A stretch of DNA of 64,000 bases from Octopus vulgaris (Eukaryota). This document shows, in pieces, positions 27,701-42,700 of the stretch. The position numbers and the translations under genes are program-made. The notes beneath the pieces are model-generated. The model made no database searches and was not told the origin of the DNA. It saw only the letters and a list, made by a program, of their open reading frames with translations. The stretch spans positions 52,700,001-52,764,000 of the forward strand of contig OX597832.1 of NCBI GenBank assembly GCA_951406725.2, written 5' to 3'. The number at the start of each line of letters is the position of its first letter. Positions within the stretch are counted from its first letter, which is position 1.

Positions 27701-30700
27701 TCTCTCTCACTACCTCTCTTTCTCTCCTACGTCCTCTCTTTCCTCTTCTCTCTTACTTCCGCTCTTTTCTCCTCTCTCTCGCTTTGTCACTCACTTTTTC
27801 TTTTGAAGTAAATGTGACACACACGACAGGTACGTACAAGAAGAACAAGTTGGCATATTAATATTATTGATAATCATTGGGCATTTACATTTAACAACAC
27901 TAAATTAACTTTGCAGTTAACCTTTTAGCATTCAGATTACTCTTTCAAATGTAATGCTTATTTATTCACATTGTTTTGAATTAATCATGCATTATCTGGT
28001 AGTTTTGGGATACCAATGATATGATCGTTTTATTTTTAGAATGACATTGTAGGGTAGGTGTAAGAGACCTGATCTGGCCTTTGAACATAAAACAGATAGA
28101 ATATTTTAGCAGGATATGGCCAATTTAAATGCGAAAGAGTTAAATCCAAAATTCAAAACAACCTCAAAATAAATGGAGGTTTAAGAAATAAAAGCAACCT
28201 ATAAAAAAAAATTCATCTCAAAATGAATTTCAACGTACCTTTTCTCCTCCATAATATTTATCCCAGTTTCTCAACATCTTCATCCATTTCTGACTTCTTT
28301 CATATTCTTGTTGCCTCAGCTAAGAAAAGTAAAAACACCGAGACATTAAGGAAATGCAGGAACAGATTCATTTGAGATTTCATTTCAAATCATGCAACAT
28401 ATAGGCATAACTGTGTAGTTAAGAAATTTGTTTTGTAACTGCATGGTTTTGAGTTCAGCCTCACAGCATGGCACCTTGGGCAAGTGTCTTCTACTGTAGC
28501 TGCAAGCTGACCAAAACATTGTGAATGGGTTTGGTGAAAAGAAACTGAAAGGCTAGTCATGTATATACACATATATAGGGAGAGTTTACGAAGAAAACAA
28601 AAGACGAAGACAGGTGGTGTACAAAACAAACAGATGTATTAGTATAACGCTCATAAATAGAAAAAGTCTTTTACGTTTCGAGCCTACGCTCTTCTACAGA
28701 AAGGGACACAGAAAAAACAAGGAGAGAAAAAATGTGTCTAGTGGCTAACGATCTATAGATATATCTGTGTGTGTGTTGGTGCAAACAGGAAAAATAGAAC
28801 TCAAAAAATGAGAATATGTATATTTTTATTAATATTTAGCAGAAATAACAGAGTGACACAAGGTCCAGGAATTTCATGCGTTGGCACTGAGCAAACTGAT
28901 AAGCTGATAAGAAACAATGCACGAAACTCTTAAACCATGAGTCACTCTGTCACTTCTGCTTTAATAAACACACACACACATATATATATTATATATATAA
29001 TCCTCATCATTTAACATTTGTTTCCATAATGATGTGTGTATGTTTGTGTATCCTTGTCTTGATATCACATGATTGTTGTAAATGAATGACACTCACTTCC
29101 AACATTCTGTAAAAACATGCCTGGCCATGGGGAAATATTAAACCTTGCTTAGAAACAAATAAGGGTTACTCTTTACTCTCTTTTTACTTGTTTCAGTCAG
29201 TTGACTGCGACCATGCTGGAGCACCGCCTTTAGTTGAGCAACTCGACCCCGGGACTTATTCTTTGTAAGCCCAGTACTTATTCTATCGGTCTCTTTTGCT
29301 GAACCGCTAAGTGACGGGGACAAAAACATACACACAAACATACACGCACACACACATATATATATATATATATATACGATGGGCTTCTTTCAGTTTCCGT
29401 CTACCAAATCCACTCACAAGGCTTTGATCGGCCCGAGGCTATAGTAGAAGACACTTGCCCAAGGTGCCACGCAGTGGGACTGAACCCGGAACCATGTGGT
29501 TGGTAAGCAAGCTACTTACCACACAGCCACTCCTGCACCTTTGGTGACAAAAAAAAAAAAAAAGGCATCTAGTCACTGAAAATCTGTCTCAATAAACTCT
29601 GTCTGACCCATGCAAGCATGGAAAAGTGAATTTTAAAACAGTGGTGATAACAATGATGACTGCCTCATAAATTACTCCAGCAATAATATACTGTATTGGT
29701 GTGAACCTCAGGCTAGTCAAATTGGTACATCCATCACCATCATGACCAAAGAACAAGACTGTTGATCATATGACAGATTAAAAGTTTGCTGAGCTGGAAA
29801 AACATAACAGAAACTATTTTGCATCTAAAAGGTTATGATGTGTCTGAAAGTTTGTGAATAACCTTGTTAAGTGCTCAACACAGGAAAAAAATTCCTTAAC
29901 TGCTATATATCTATGGACATTAGAACATGCGTGAACTCAACAGAGTACATCTTAACTAAATATAATTCGTGAAAAGGATCAATGGATATTTACAAACAAT
30001 TATGGATATTAGCTCACAGATGCTAGCTGGACCAGAGATTCTCTTTTTTACAAGGTATTTATAGGACACCCTCAGGCTCGCATCTTGCAGCGAAGAAGCC
30101 ATTAACCTTTTAGCATTCAGATTTCTGCCAACTGAAGGCACATAGCTCAGTGGTTAGTAAATCAGGCTCACAATCATGAGGTAGTGAGTTCAATTCCTGG
30201 ACTGGGCTGTGTGTTGTGTTCTTGAGCAAGACATTCTATTTCATGCTACTCCAGTTCACTCAGCAGTAGAAATGATTTGCAATGTCACTGGTGCCAAGCT
30301 GTATTGGCCCCTTTGCCTTTCCCTTGGATAACATTGGTGGCACGGAGAGGGGAGGCTGGTATGCATGGGTGACTGCTGGTCTTCCATAAACAACCTTGCC
30401 CAGACTTGTGCCTTGGAGGGGAACTTTCTAGGTGCAATCCTATGGTCATTCATGACCGAAGGGGGTCTTTATCCTATTCTGTCAAATGTTTATGCATATT
30501 CATTCATAATTGTTTTGAATTAATCATGCATTATCTTGTAGCTTTGAGATTTTGATAACGTGATTGTTTATTTTTAGAATGACCTGACACAAGATCACCT
30601 CCCCCAATGCCCTCTCCCCTTTAAAAGGTTCTTTGACTTGCAAGTTACTTGGTGACCCCTACCAGTGCTGGTGCTATGTAATAAGCATCCAGTCCACACA

Positions 30701-33700
30701 GTAAAGTGGTTGGCTTATGGAAGGGCATCCAGTTGTAAAAACCATGCCAAAACTGACATCACTTGTGCTGGTGCCACATAAAAAGCACTCAGTCCATTCT
30801 GCGGAGTGGTTAGTGTTAGGAAGGGCATCCAGCTGCAAAAACCATGTCAAAACAGACACAGAAGTCTGGTGCAGTCTTCTGCTTGGCCATCTCCTGTCAA
30901 ACCGTTCAATTCATGCCAGCATGAGATGAACAATGATGATGATGATGATTATAGGTAGGTGTAAGATGACAGATTTGGCTGGTATGACCATTAAGCAGGT
31001 AAAATATTTGTGCCCGATATTGGCCAGTTTAAATGCTAAAGTGTCAATAGATTTGGGACATTTAACAGCTTGGACAAGCACATTTATCTCTTGGTCACTT
31101 ACCTTCACCTCAGAACTTGATGTTGGTGGCAAACGATGCTCACTGAAAAAGAAAAATTGAATGAATGAATGAATTAATTAATTAATTTATTCAGGCTTCT
31201 TAATTACATTCAACATAATTTCTTCCACTACTACTTAATCAACAAATTAATTAAGACATCACTGCACCAAACAGTGTTTAGCTAACAACCACTGATGATG
31301 TCAAGCCTATGTGACATAAGAAAACCTTTGCGGGTCTATGGTTTCCCTGAGAGATCCCTAAAAAGACAGTCACATACACAAATCTAATCTCATTTAAATG
31401 AAAGACTGTGACACATGATGTAGCCTTAAATATTATATTAATACTTGAGCAAAAAGAGAGGACAGTCATGGTTGGAATGCTTTTCATCACAAATTAACTC
31501 CATCAAGGCTAACTTGAGGCTAAACATCAACAAAATATAAGTATTGTTTATGCATAATGCTCCATGCATTCTCACCCAACATCTGGTGTCTACATTGCAT
31601 TCATATCTGACAATATGTATGTGTGTATATAATACATACACACACATATGTATATAATGCTGACATTCCATCTATACATAGACATAAAACAAACGAGCCA
31701 AAATAGTATATGAATTAAATTCCAGAATTTCCATTCATCTATTATTAACTGCCTTGAATCCAAAATGTCTGTTAGACCATATTATAGTAACATGTCAACC
31801 TGGTTCCCTCTAAGTTTGCTGTATCCTAGACTGTGGTCCTATGCATTTTACATCCCCCAACCCTTCCTGCTGTCACTTTTCATACCTATTTCTTTATTAC
31901 CCACAAGGTAATAGACGGGACAAACAAGGACAGACATAGGTATTAAGTCGATTACATCGACCCCAGTGCGTAACTGGTACTTAATTTATCGACCCCGAAA
32001 GGATGAAAGGCAAAGTCGACCTCGGCGGAATTTGAACTCACAACGTAACGGCAGACGAAATACTGCAAAGCATTTCGCCCGGCGTGCTAACGTTTCTGCC
32101 AGTTCGCCGCCTTTTCATACCACACACTTCTATGTGGATGATATCCTCCGTCACTTTTCTTAAACTTCTACACACACTCACACAGAGGTGACGTCCACAT
32201 ACAATCTAGACATTTCATACCAGACTTGCTCTGCTCCTATGAATAAAGATCTTGACAACATTTTCTCCAACGGAGACATTACAACTAAGTTCCTTTCAAC
32301 AACACCCCAATACATATCAATCTTGTAACGATTAGCCCATCCTCTGCAACTTTGATTAATAAAATACTAAAACTTGTTACAATGAATGCAACGATTCAAA
32401 ATCATTTTTCATTTAAAAATGTGTTCCACATATTTTTGTCTTGATCTCCCACAAAGTGCAACCCTTATTTGGCTACTGTTCGCTCACCTAAGACAAAGCT
32501 GTCATCGTCATCATATGCTTTTATAGCACATTAATGACACTATACTGAATGTTTTCACAATTAGTCGCAAGTCCTCCTGTTGGATGAATCCATAGCATTA
32601 CTTTGTTCCGACTTTCTCATAGTGTTTTCTTGGCAAGGATACTGGGCTGGTTTACCATTATCTTCCTCTACTGGAGCTCATCCCCCCTGTGACAGGTCAT
32701 GCATTTAGTTCTGCTGGTTCTCCAGACACCCTTATCACAAGAGAAGCAATTCAAAAGGCAGTGGGCTGGCAGAAACGTTAGCACGCCGGGCGAAATGCTT
32801 AGCAGTATTTCGTCTGCTGTTATGTTCTGAGTTCAAATTCTGCTGAGGTCGACTTTGCCTTTCATCCTTTCGGGGTCAATAAATTAAGTACCAGTTACGC
32901 ACTGGAGTGGATGTAATCGACTTAATCCCTTTATTCTTGTTTGTCCCCTCTATGCTTAGCCCCTTGTGAGCAATAAAGAAATAAGAGAAGCAATTCAGTC
33001 AAGTGGGGGAGCAGTTTAGTCATCAACCACTCAACCATGAAACAGGTGGTACTGGCTTACTTGATACTAGTAACAAGTTTCATTAACCTGTGAGGAGGTC
33101 CCTGACTTGACTACAAACTTCCTACATATCTTTCTCCAAATAAAGGCCATCCAGAATTTTTTCCTAGTTTCTACTTGTCTGAACTAGCAACATTTATCTA
33201 TTGCATCCTTCCACTACATCTCTACCATGTCCGACTCCTTACAATCCAACAGTAAATATGTTAGTTTAATTCAGTCCACTTTAAAGCTGCAGTCATCTGG
33301 AACATCTACCCTGCTCCAATTTCCCCATAAACAAAATCACAGAAGGGCAGGAGCACCATCCTACTTCTTCCACTAAAGACATATTTACAACCAGTACATT
33401 CACAAAAACTGTTTTTGTTTTTTTTAAGAAATGCCATTTAACTATTTGCTACCACATTATTTTTCGAATTGTTCCCTGGAATTTGATCATGCTATAAAGA
33501 AGATGACCTTCATAAAATAATTATTCTGTTTCCACACCTATTTTCAATCTTAATTACAGATTACTAATCTGTAAGGACAGAGAAAAGCTTCTAAGATCTA
33601 AACCAGGCATGGAGGCAAACTTTTTTTTTTGAGAAGTGGGCTGCATGAAACATGGTTCATCATCAGGTGGGCTACACTGCTAAAAGAAATTCAAAGTAAT

Positions 33701-36700
33701 ATTTCGCTGTAGAGGCCATGCAGAAAGCCCTGCAGGTCACTTGTAGCCTATGACCGATCTAAATACTTACAAAGAATAGTTAATAATTTGCTAGACAGTT
33801 AAGCAAATCTTTGGAAACGAACAAAATTTCATGTTTACATCTACACTAGTTTTAATTGGTTCTATTGCCAATGAAAATGTAGGGCAGATGTATATATTTA
33901 AAAAAAAAAAAATTTTTAATCAATTTCTAAAGGCAAGATTAAAACTTCAAAAATTTACAATCTTGTTTCTAAGAACTAGTCTAGCCACAACTGATAACTT
34001 GAATGCTTTGAAGTTGAAGAAAAATACATTAGATTCTTCTCTTTTTTTGAAAAAAGATGGGAGAGAGAAACATTAAAAATCTGACACCAGGAAATAAAAT
34101 ACTATATTTAGAAATGTTATGAGATAAATTATATTTCATTAACCTACCTATATATATATATATATGTAGTTCAGTGTGTGTCTGTGTATGTACGTACTGA
34201 ACTACGAAAGAACGTTGCACTGTAAAATATTGTGTGTGTCACACATGATATTGAGATTATATGGATTTTATCACATTTCTAAGTAATTTGACATCAGGAA
34301 GATGTCACTGACTCACAACACCCCTTTCTTTTGAAAGCACAAGGATTACATGTAGGGTTCGAATTAGCTCATTTTTCATAAACACAGTAATGCTCGTGAA
34401 TGCATCTTTATGAAAAGCACGATGCACATGCAAAACATTGACTCATTGGGTATAAAAAGTACCCAAATTTACAAGCCTGTCATTCGTATCCCAAAAGAGG
34501 CAAGCATGCCAAGACTGACATGAAATCAGAGGGAGGGAGCCATCAGACGTCTCCATGCTGGTCAACATCCATGGGTCATTGCTAATGGCTCGAAGTGAGC
34601 GGATGAGGGAACGATACAAAGCTACAAACAGCACAGATGATCATCTACGCAGTGGCCAACTGAGGGTTACAACGACACATCAAGATCGCCACCTGCACTG
34701 ACAGCACTTGCAGGACTGATTCCGGAGGGCAATGGAATCAGCTAGGGAGGCCATAGGGACTCACAACAGATCCATTTGTGCAGAAACAGTTCCCCACCAG
34801 TTGAAATCTTTCAACCTATTTCTTTACTACCCACAAGGGGCAAAACACAGAGAGGACAAACAAGGACAGAGAAACAGATTAAGTCGATTACATCGACCCC
34901 AGTGCATAACTGGTACTTAATTTATCGACCCCGAAAGGATGAAAGGCAAAGTCGACCTCAGCGGAATTTGAACTCAGAATGTAAAGTCAGACGAAATACG
35001 GCTACACATTTTGCCTGGCATGCTAACGTTTCTGCCAGCTCGCCGCCTTTCAAATCTTTCAACCTGTCTTGTCAATGTCCGGCTAGGGGCCAGTCATCAT
35101 TGATGGGCACACCTGCAGTAGGCTAAAAAATGTCAGAACTGGCGATATCAGCAGTGGAGGACTGTAGTCTTCTCTGATGAAAGTCGATATTGCATTTCTG
35201 TGGCAGATGGCAGAGCTAGGGTTTGGAGAAGGAGTGAACATCATGCCGATGGGTGTGTGGTGGAGAGAGACTCATGGGGGGGAGGAGACAGAGCATAATG
35301 GTATGAGGCAGGATTGCACTCAACCAGAAACTTGGACCGGTGGTCTTCCAAAACATCGGCCAAGGCCAGGGCAATGACTAACCACTGCTCGCTACATCAA
35401 ACAAGTGTTGAGGCCTCACATTGTGTCATACTTTGTCTGTCATTGGAATCACGTGTTCCAACAGACTTCCTTCCACAGCACATCCAGACACTGCCATGGC
35501 CTGCCCTAAGTCCGGTCTGGAACCCCATAGAGTACCTATTTCTTTACTACCCACAAGGGGCTAAACACAGAGAGGACAAACAAGGACAGACAAAGGGATT
35601 AAGTCGATTATATCGACCCCAGTGAGTAACTGGGACTTATTTAATCGACCCCGAAAGGATGAAAGGCAAAGTTGACCTTGGCGGAATTTGAACTCAGGAC
35701 GTAGCAGCAGACGAAATACCGCTAAGCATTTCGCCCGACGTGCTAACGTTTTCTGCCAGCTCGCCGACAAAATCCAAATAAAGCTAAATGACATCAGTCC
35801 AAGTCCAACAATTATGGCACAACTCACTGCAAGTTTTAACAGAGTGTGGGCTGCTATCCCCATGGCCTTCATCAATCATTTGGTGCATTCAATGTACAGA
35901 GGACGCCTGGCAGTAATCAACGTTAATGGTGGTCAAACGAGATATTGAGTTCATCTCTTTGGATCCAGGACAGTCCGTAATCACATGACACCATGTGACA
36001 TCAAACATGTTTCGGGAAATGACGTTTTCTCATTAGGAAAGAACAGTTTCTTAATTAGCACTCTCCAATCAATGCTGTGGCAGTCTGTTAATAAACCCGT
36101 TTCTATTTACTAAGTGTGTGACGTTTCTTTTGTGGTTCAGTTTATTTACACACACAAACACACACACATTAATATAATTAAACATATAATCACACTAAGT
36201 GTGTGATTACATATTCAAATATGATAATATTTTAGAGTTTAAAATAGCCATAAATATCACATAACAAAGAAACTTACAAACATCAGAAAGTATCCAAAAT
36301 TAGCAATGTTTTTTTTTTAATAGCAGCCAAAATTAGCAATGTTTTTTTTTTAATAGCAGCCAAAATTAGCAATGTTTTTTTTTCTAAAGCATCAAAAATT
36401 AGCAATTTTTTTTCTACAACATCCAAAATTATTAATGTTTTTTTTTCTACAGCAACCAACATTAGCAATGTTTTTTTTTCCTACAGCATTTAATATTAAC
36501 GATGTTTTTCTTATAGCATAAAAAATTAACATTGTCTAAACAAGTACAGAAAGTAGGTGCTAAGTTTATAATTACGATACATAACTAACGTTAAATTGAT
36601 TAATTAATTTTAGTTTAGTGCTGCTGTATACTGTAGAATGTTTTTTCAACAATTATATACTAACAAAGCCACGAAAATATGTGAAACAATTATATACTTA

Positions 36701-39700
36701 CTGGATAAAACCATAGCGATCAGTAACATGATACACAGAAAATTCGGGGTCTTCCCAGGGCTCAATTTCAGCCCCTTCTTCTCTACCCTAAAATATAAAT
36801 TAAATTCTGTTATGATCTTCAAATGCTAGCAATGTTACATGAAAGTTTAACAATGGAAAAAGAGAATGCTTTAACTCATTTGTTACCATATGTTGCCTTT
36901 GTTTCAATTAATATTTTTAAATAATGAAGAATTTAGTAAAATAACTTTCTCATTATTATGCTAATTTGTCTGGAACAAATTAGCATAAAATTTTGATGGA
37001 AGATTATTACAATTTAGACCACTGCAACCCTTTAGCATTTAGACAGGCCATATCTCACCCAAATTTATTTACCTGTTTTATAGACCTGGCCTCTCACACC
37101 TACCCTACAATGTCTTTCTAAAAATATAAACTCACATCATCAGAATTTTTAAGCTATCAGACAATGTATGATTAATTCAAAACATGAATAAATAACCATT
37201 ACATTTGACAGAGCAATCTGAATGCTAATGGGTTAACCCTTTCGTTACTGTATTTATTTTGAGATGCTCTGTGTTTCTTTCAATTATTTTAAATATAACA
37301 AAGAATTTAGTAAAATAACTTAGTTATCATTAAGCTAGTGTTAGGAACATAAATTTGGACTAAGGTTTGGTGGTATATTTTAATGCAAAACTTATGAAAA
37401 CAAGACATTTGTACTACAGAGCCAGAGCCGGTTTTGGCTGGGTTGGTAACGAAAGGGTTAAAACAGAAAGTTTACACTATAAAACTTGGTGTCGTCTCAG
37501 ACGGGTTGATATCAAAAAAGGGTTAAATTGATGAAAGTCTCATGGATGAATACAAATTTCAAGATATTTTCTGTCTGCAGATTGGTCAGAGCCAAATGCT
37601 GTTTCACAAACAAGGATTCCTACCATCAGATAACAATGAACTTGTTTTACCCAAGTCGATGAACATTCCCACACCAACACCTTCAAACAATAAACGAATC
37701 AAATAAGACTGCTTGCCTTCTTTGTGTACGTTGCTCTTAACTGAAATATTTCAATGACTTTAGCTGATGTCGTTATTGTAATGCTAATTAAGTCATTATA
37801 TGAATATTCACATGTCTGCTATGCTATGGCTACTGCTACAGTATACGACCCTACACAAAAACATGCTGATTGGGAAAAATTCCCTCATTAACATTCTTAC
37901 TCACACACAAACTTTACTCCCTGTCCCATTTATGGTTGTAATAACTACTCCTCTTAAATAATAAAACTGCACTCACCACTCCCAAATTACAAGCTGCACT
38001 CACCATCCACAAAATACAAATTACACTCATCACTGCCAAACTACAAGCTGCACTCACTATTCCCAAAATACAAACTACACTCACCATCCACAAAATACAA
38101 ACTACACTCATCACTCCCAAATTACAAGCTGCACTCACCATCCACAAAATACAAACTACACTCATCACTCCCAAATTACAAGCTGCACTCACCATCCACA
38201 AAATACAAACTACACTCATCACTCCCAAACTACAAGCTGCACTCACCATTCACAAAATACAAACTACACTCATCACTGCCAAACTACAAGCTGCACTCAC
38301 CATTCACAAAATACAAACTACACTCATCACTGCCAAACTACAAGCTGCACTCACTATTCCCAAAATACAAACTACACTCATCACTCCCAAACTACAAACT
38401 GCACTCACCATTCACTAAATACAAACTACACTCACCACCATCCCCACCCACCAGCTGTACTCACTATCCCTCCACTAAAGACTGTTCTTTCTTCCAAGAA
38501 CACCAGCCTATCTGGAACATCTTCTTCACACAGGCACCACCTATTTTACTCCATCCACCATTTCTTACATAACTAAAACATCCACCAATGCAGTCCTCTA
38601 TATTTCAACATATAAACCACAACAAATATTTTCTCTCACATTTAAATCTCTTCTCCTCTATTTCCAACTCTTCTCTACAACTCAATATTCCAACTTCACT
38701 CTGAAAACGGTGTCTGCAGGTACATGGAATTCACTTTAATCTGCCATTTGTTTCTTCTACAAAGACTTCACCAACAAAAACTCTTGGTTTCTCTCTCTCT
38801 TTCATTCATTACTCTAAAATCACCAATCACTCTCTGTACTCCTTTAAACAGTAGCAACTGTTTAATTATCTTTATTTATTTTTTTTATTACCCACAGGGG
38901 GCTAAACATAGAGAGGACAAACAAGGACAGAGAAAGGGATTAAGCCGATTAAGTCGATCAACCCCAGTGCATAACTGGTACTTATTTAATCGACCCTGAA
39001 AGGATGAAAGGCAAAGTCAACCTCAGCAGAATAACTCAGAATGTAACAGTAGACGAAATACTGTGAGGCAATTTGCCCAGCATGCTAACGATTCTACCAG
39101 CTCACTACCATAAGTTCAATTATCTTTATTGAAGACACCTCTCATCATAAATCATCTCATTCTGAAATCATGGTGATATCAATAAACCTAACTTACTTTG
39201 AAATTCCTCCTGCACCAATCCTGCCAGAAGCTGAACTGTCTACCATTCACAACCCACTTCACCACACCCACATGTGTCGCTGACCAACACCACAAACTAT
39301 CTTCATCACACCCGCTTATATCAATAACCAATACCCCAAACTCTCTTCACCACACCCACCTACTTCTCTAACCAACACCCTGAACTGTCTTCACCACACC
39401 CACATGTATCGCTGACCAACACCACAAACCATCTTCACCACACCCACCTATATCGATAACCAATACCCCAAACTCTCTTCACCACACCCACCTATTTCTC
39501 CAATACTCTGAACTGTCTTCACCACACCCGCATGTATAATACAGTCTTTCATATTTCAGATTAGTTTACTTCCATATTTATTCATATATTATTTTTCTCA
39601 GCTTATTAAACCCAAGCATAAGATTTTCATGCCTCACCTCACTCCTGGTCATGAACATTGGTTAACAACCGAAAGAGTATGGTCACGAATACATGTGGCT

Positions 39701-42700
39701 GAAAGGGTGTGTAGTACGGAGATCAAAGAATCTCTCCAGGTTGAGCTACTACTCCTCCACACTGAGATATCACAGTGCCATGCAGTAAAGAATCACAAAA
39801 TGGATTCTTCGGGCTGAGCCAACCAACAGGAAACCAAGAGTAGAACAAGAACGGGATGGTTGGATTACATCTATAATCTGAAGTGGCTAGGCTTGGAAAT
39901 CTAGCTGAGAAAGTGTGATGATAGTTGTTTCTGACCGGACCCTCAACCCAACACCCAATCTGTACATGTCAAAACTTCCCAACAACTCATCTTCATAACA
40001 CCCGACCCTCTACCTACGGTACTATTTCTCAGTTACTGTAATTATATGAGAGCAAAACTGCACTTAGTCCTTCCTTTTTTTTTTTTTGTGCTACCATTAA
40101 TCCCTCTTCTTGGAGCCATTTCCCTTGTCACCACATCTGCACCCCTAACATCATCCCATAGCTTTATCTGTCCATTGAATGTTCATTTCTCCTGAACACC
40201 CTCTCATCTCTGTCATTAACACTGCTTTTTGCAACTCACTATATCCACCCCTATATATGCTTAACCTTTGTCACGGTGCATCTTCTGTCTCTCAAACACT
40301 TTGCCTCATTCCCTGCTACCAACTCATCCAACCACCCTTGATTCTCTGCCTCCCACAACCTCATATTACCTATGCCCCTTTTTGTATTTTGAGGTTATGC
40401 CCTGATACAACTCCAGCTGTCACCATTTTCTGCTGGGGCATCCATATATCTCCTCTCCAGCAAAATACCCGTTCCTGTCTCTCTTTCCTACATCAGCTTC
40501 TCTACATCTGGGACAATTCCACCGCCCTTAATACTGTACATCCACTCTGTGTCTTGTGAATTACTTGATGACCTCACTGGTGTTGGTGCCACAAAAGAAA
40601 AGAACGAAAAGGGGATCTTTTCCTTTTGAACGGCACTTTTCAACACAATTTCTAGTTAACTAAACACTTTTAAACTTCGTATACTGGTAGAATGTGTTTA
40701 TAAAACATCATTTTTTCTTGGCTTTATTGAGAAAATTCTATAGTTTGTAACATATTTCGTCTTTAATTTCGAGCATTTCGGCAATTTTAACCAATCGCTG
40801 ACCTCCATTTAGGTAAATAACATTTTGTGCATAATGAATATGTCCCTCCTTTAAGAAACAGATTGGGTTTATTTACATTTGTGAAGAAAAAAGATACCCC
40901 TACCCCACTCCTAACCCTAAATCTAAAATAGATTGAATGCAATAGATCAATACTAGGGTAATAATTATGGGTGACAATTTCATACGACACCGCTACGGAA
41001 AATGGGATTTTTTTCTAGCGATGTCAAATGAAAATGTCACCCATAATTATGGCCCTAGTATTGAACTATTGCATTTCAATCTATTTTAGATTTAGGGTTA
41101 GGGGTTGGGGAAGGGTATCTTTTTTCTTCACAAATGTAAATAAACCCAATCTGTTTCTTAAAGGAGGGATATATTCATTATGCACAGAATGTTATTTACC
41201 TAAATGGAGGTCAGCGATTGGTTAAAATTGCTGAAATGCTCGAAATTAAAGACGAAATATGTTACAACATATAGAATTTTCTCAATAAAGCCAAGAGAAA
41301 ATTATGTTTTATAAACACATTCTACCAGTATACGAAGTTTAAAACTTTTTAGTTACCTAGAAATTATGTTACAAAGTGCCGTTCAAAAGGAAAAGATCCT
41401 GAAAAGGACTCAGTAAAGTGGTTGGTGTTAGGAGGAGGACATCCAGTCACAGAAACCTTGCTGAAACAGATAATGGAGTTTTCAAGCTGGTCATGTCTTG
41501 TCAAACCATCCACCCATGCCAGTGTAAAACATGGATGATAACGAAGGTGGTAATTAGGACATAAATACTCTCATTATCAAAACATGAACATAAATAAATT
41601 ACTTTTGTTTCTGAAATATCATGTAATTATAATTATAAAAAAAACCCCATCATTATATATGTTTCTACTGAAAGAAAGTAATGGAAATATTTAAATGGTG
41701 TAGTGTAATTAATGCCTTTTCATTCTGCTTTCTGCATTTTCTATCTCTCCATATTGGCCGACTTTACAATAGATACACTTTTACAGCCTACATAGAGAAA
41801 GTTCAAAGGTCACTTCTGAACTTGCTCTTTGTTTTGAGGAAACATGAACTTTATCAATCTGCTTTAGACAGCAATTATAATAAATCATAATATGAAGGGG
41901 AAAAAATTAAAAAAAAAACTACATATAATACGCAAAAGAGATTTTTCTTCAGGATTCCCTAGCTCATAATTAGCGATTATAGACATGTACATAGTATCTA
42001 TGTAGTGGAAATAGGTGAACAATGAAAGACAATGATTTCGTCCTTGCCTCAATCACAGATCTAAATCTCTGGGGTGTTCAACCAGAGGAATAATGTAAGT
42101 ATTAGGTTCTGTCACAAACAAGCAGGATAAATGTACGATTATCCCTAGCCACAAAAATATCATGCTTGCCTTCTTTGCTCATTGACTCCGACATATGAAC
42201 TGGCTCCTTCTGGTCAAAAGACACAATCAACTGACTTTCTCCCTATTATTACTTCTGCCTACAAATTCAACTCATCACATCCACCTGCTCCACAACCCAT
42301 CGCAAGAACACACAATAGCGAAAGGCCACCATCACCACAAAATCTCTAAACAACTGAAAAGGACTCACAGTTTCCATGTACCCCCTTCACCTACTACAAT
42401 TATTTCTATGTACAACTATCTAAAAGTGAGAAAACCCAGCCTAGCCACAGCACTGTGGTGGTGCACTGGCCCAGTGGTTAGGACAGCGAGTCATAAGAAC
42501 GCGGTTTCGATTCCCAGACCAAGCATTGTGAGTGTTTATTGAGCAAAAACACCTAAGCTCCACGAGGCTCCAGCAGGGGGACCCCACTGTACTCTTTCCC
42601 CACAACTTTCTCTCACTCTTTCTTCCTACTTCTGCCACAAAGCAGAGGAACCATGGTGTAACCCACTATGGTGTGGTAAACTTTCAGATCCTAGTCTAGA

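Noticed and set aside
32570-32680. YGFI-like minus-strand peptide considered as exon 3
   Set aside because: No splice sites; the true exon is at 36702-36787.
37651-37740. 90-nt AG..GT bounded open segment on the minus strand ([20 protein letters not shown]..)
   Set aside because: Open in phase 1 whereas the host intron is phase 0, where it contains a stop; no family similarity.
40900-40920. CCTAACCCTAA telomere-like motif (also near 57950)
   Set aside because: Only about two units, and a fixed internal part of the MITE.
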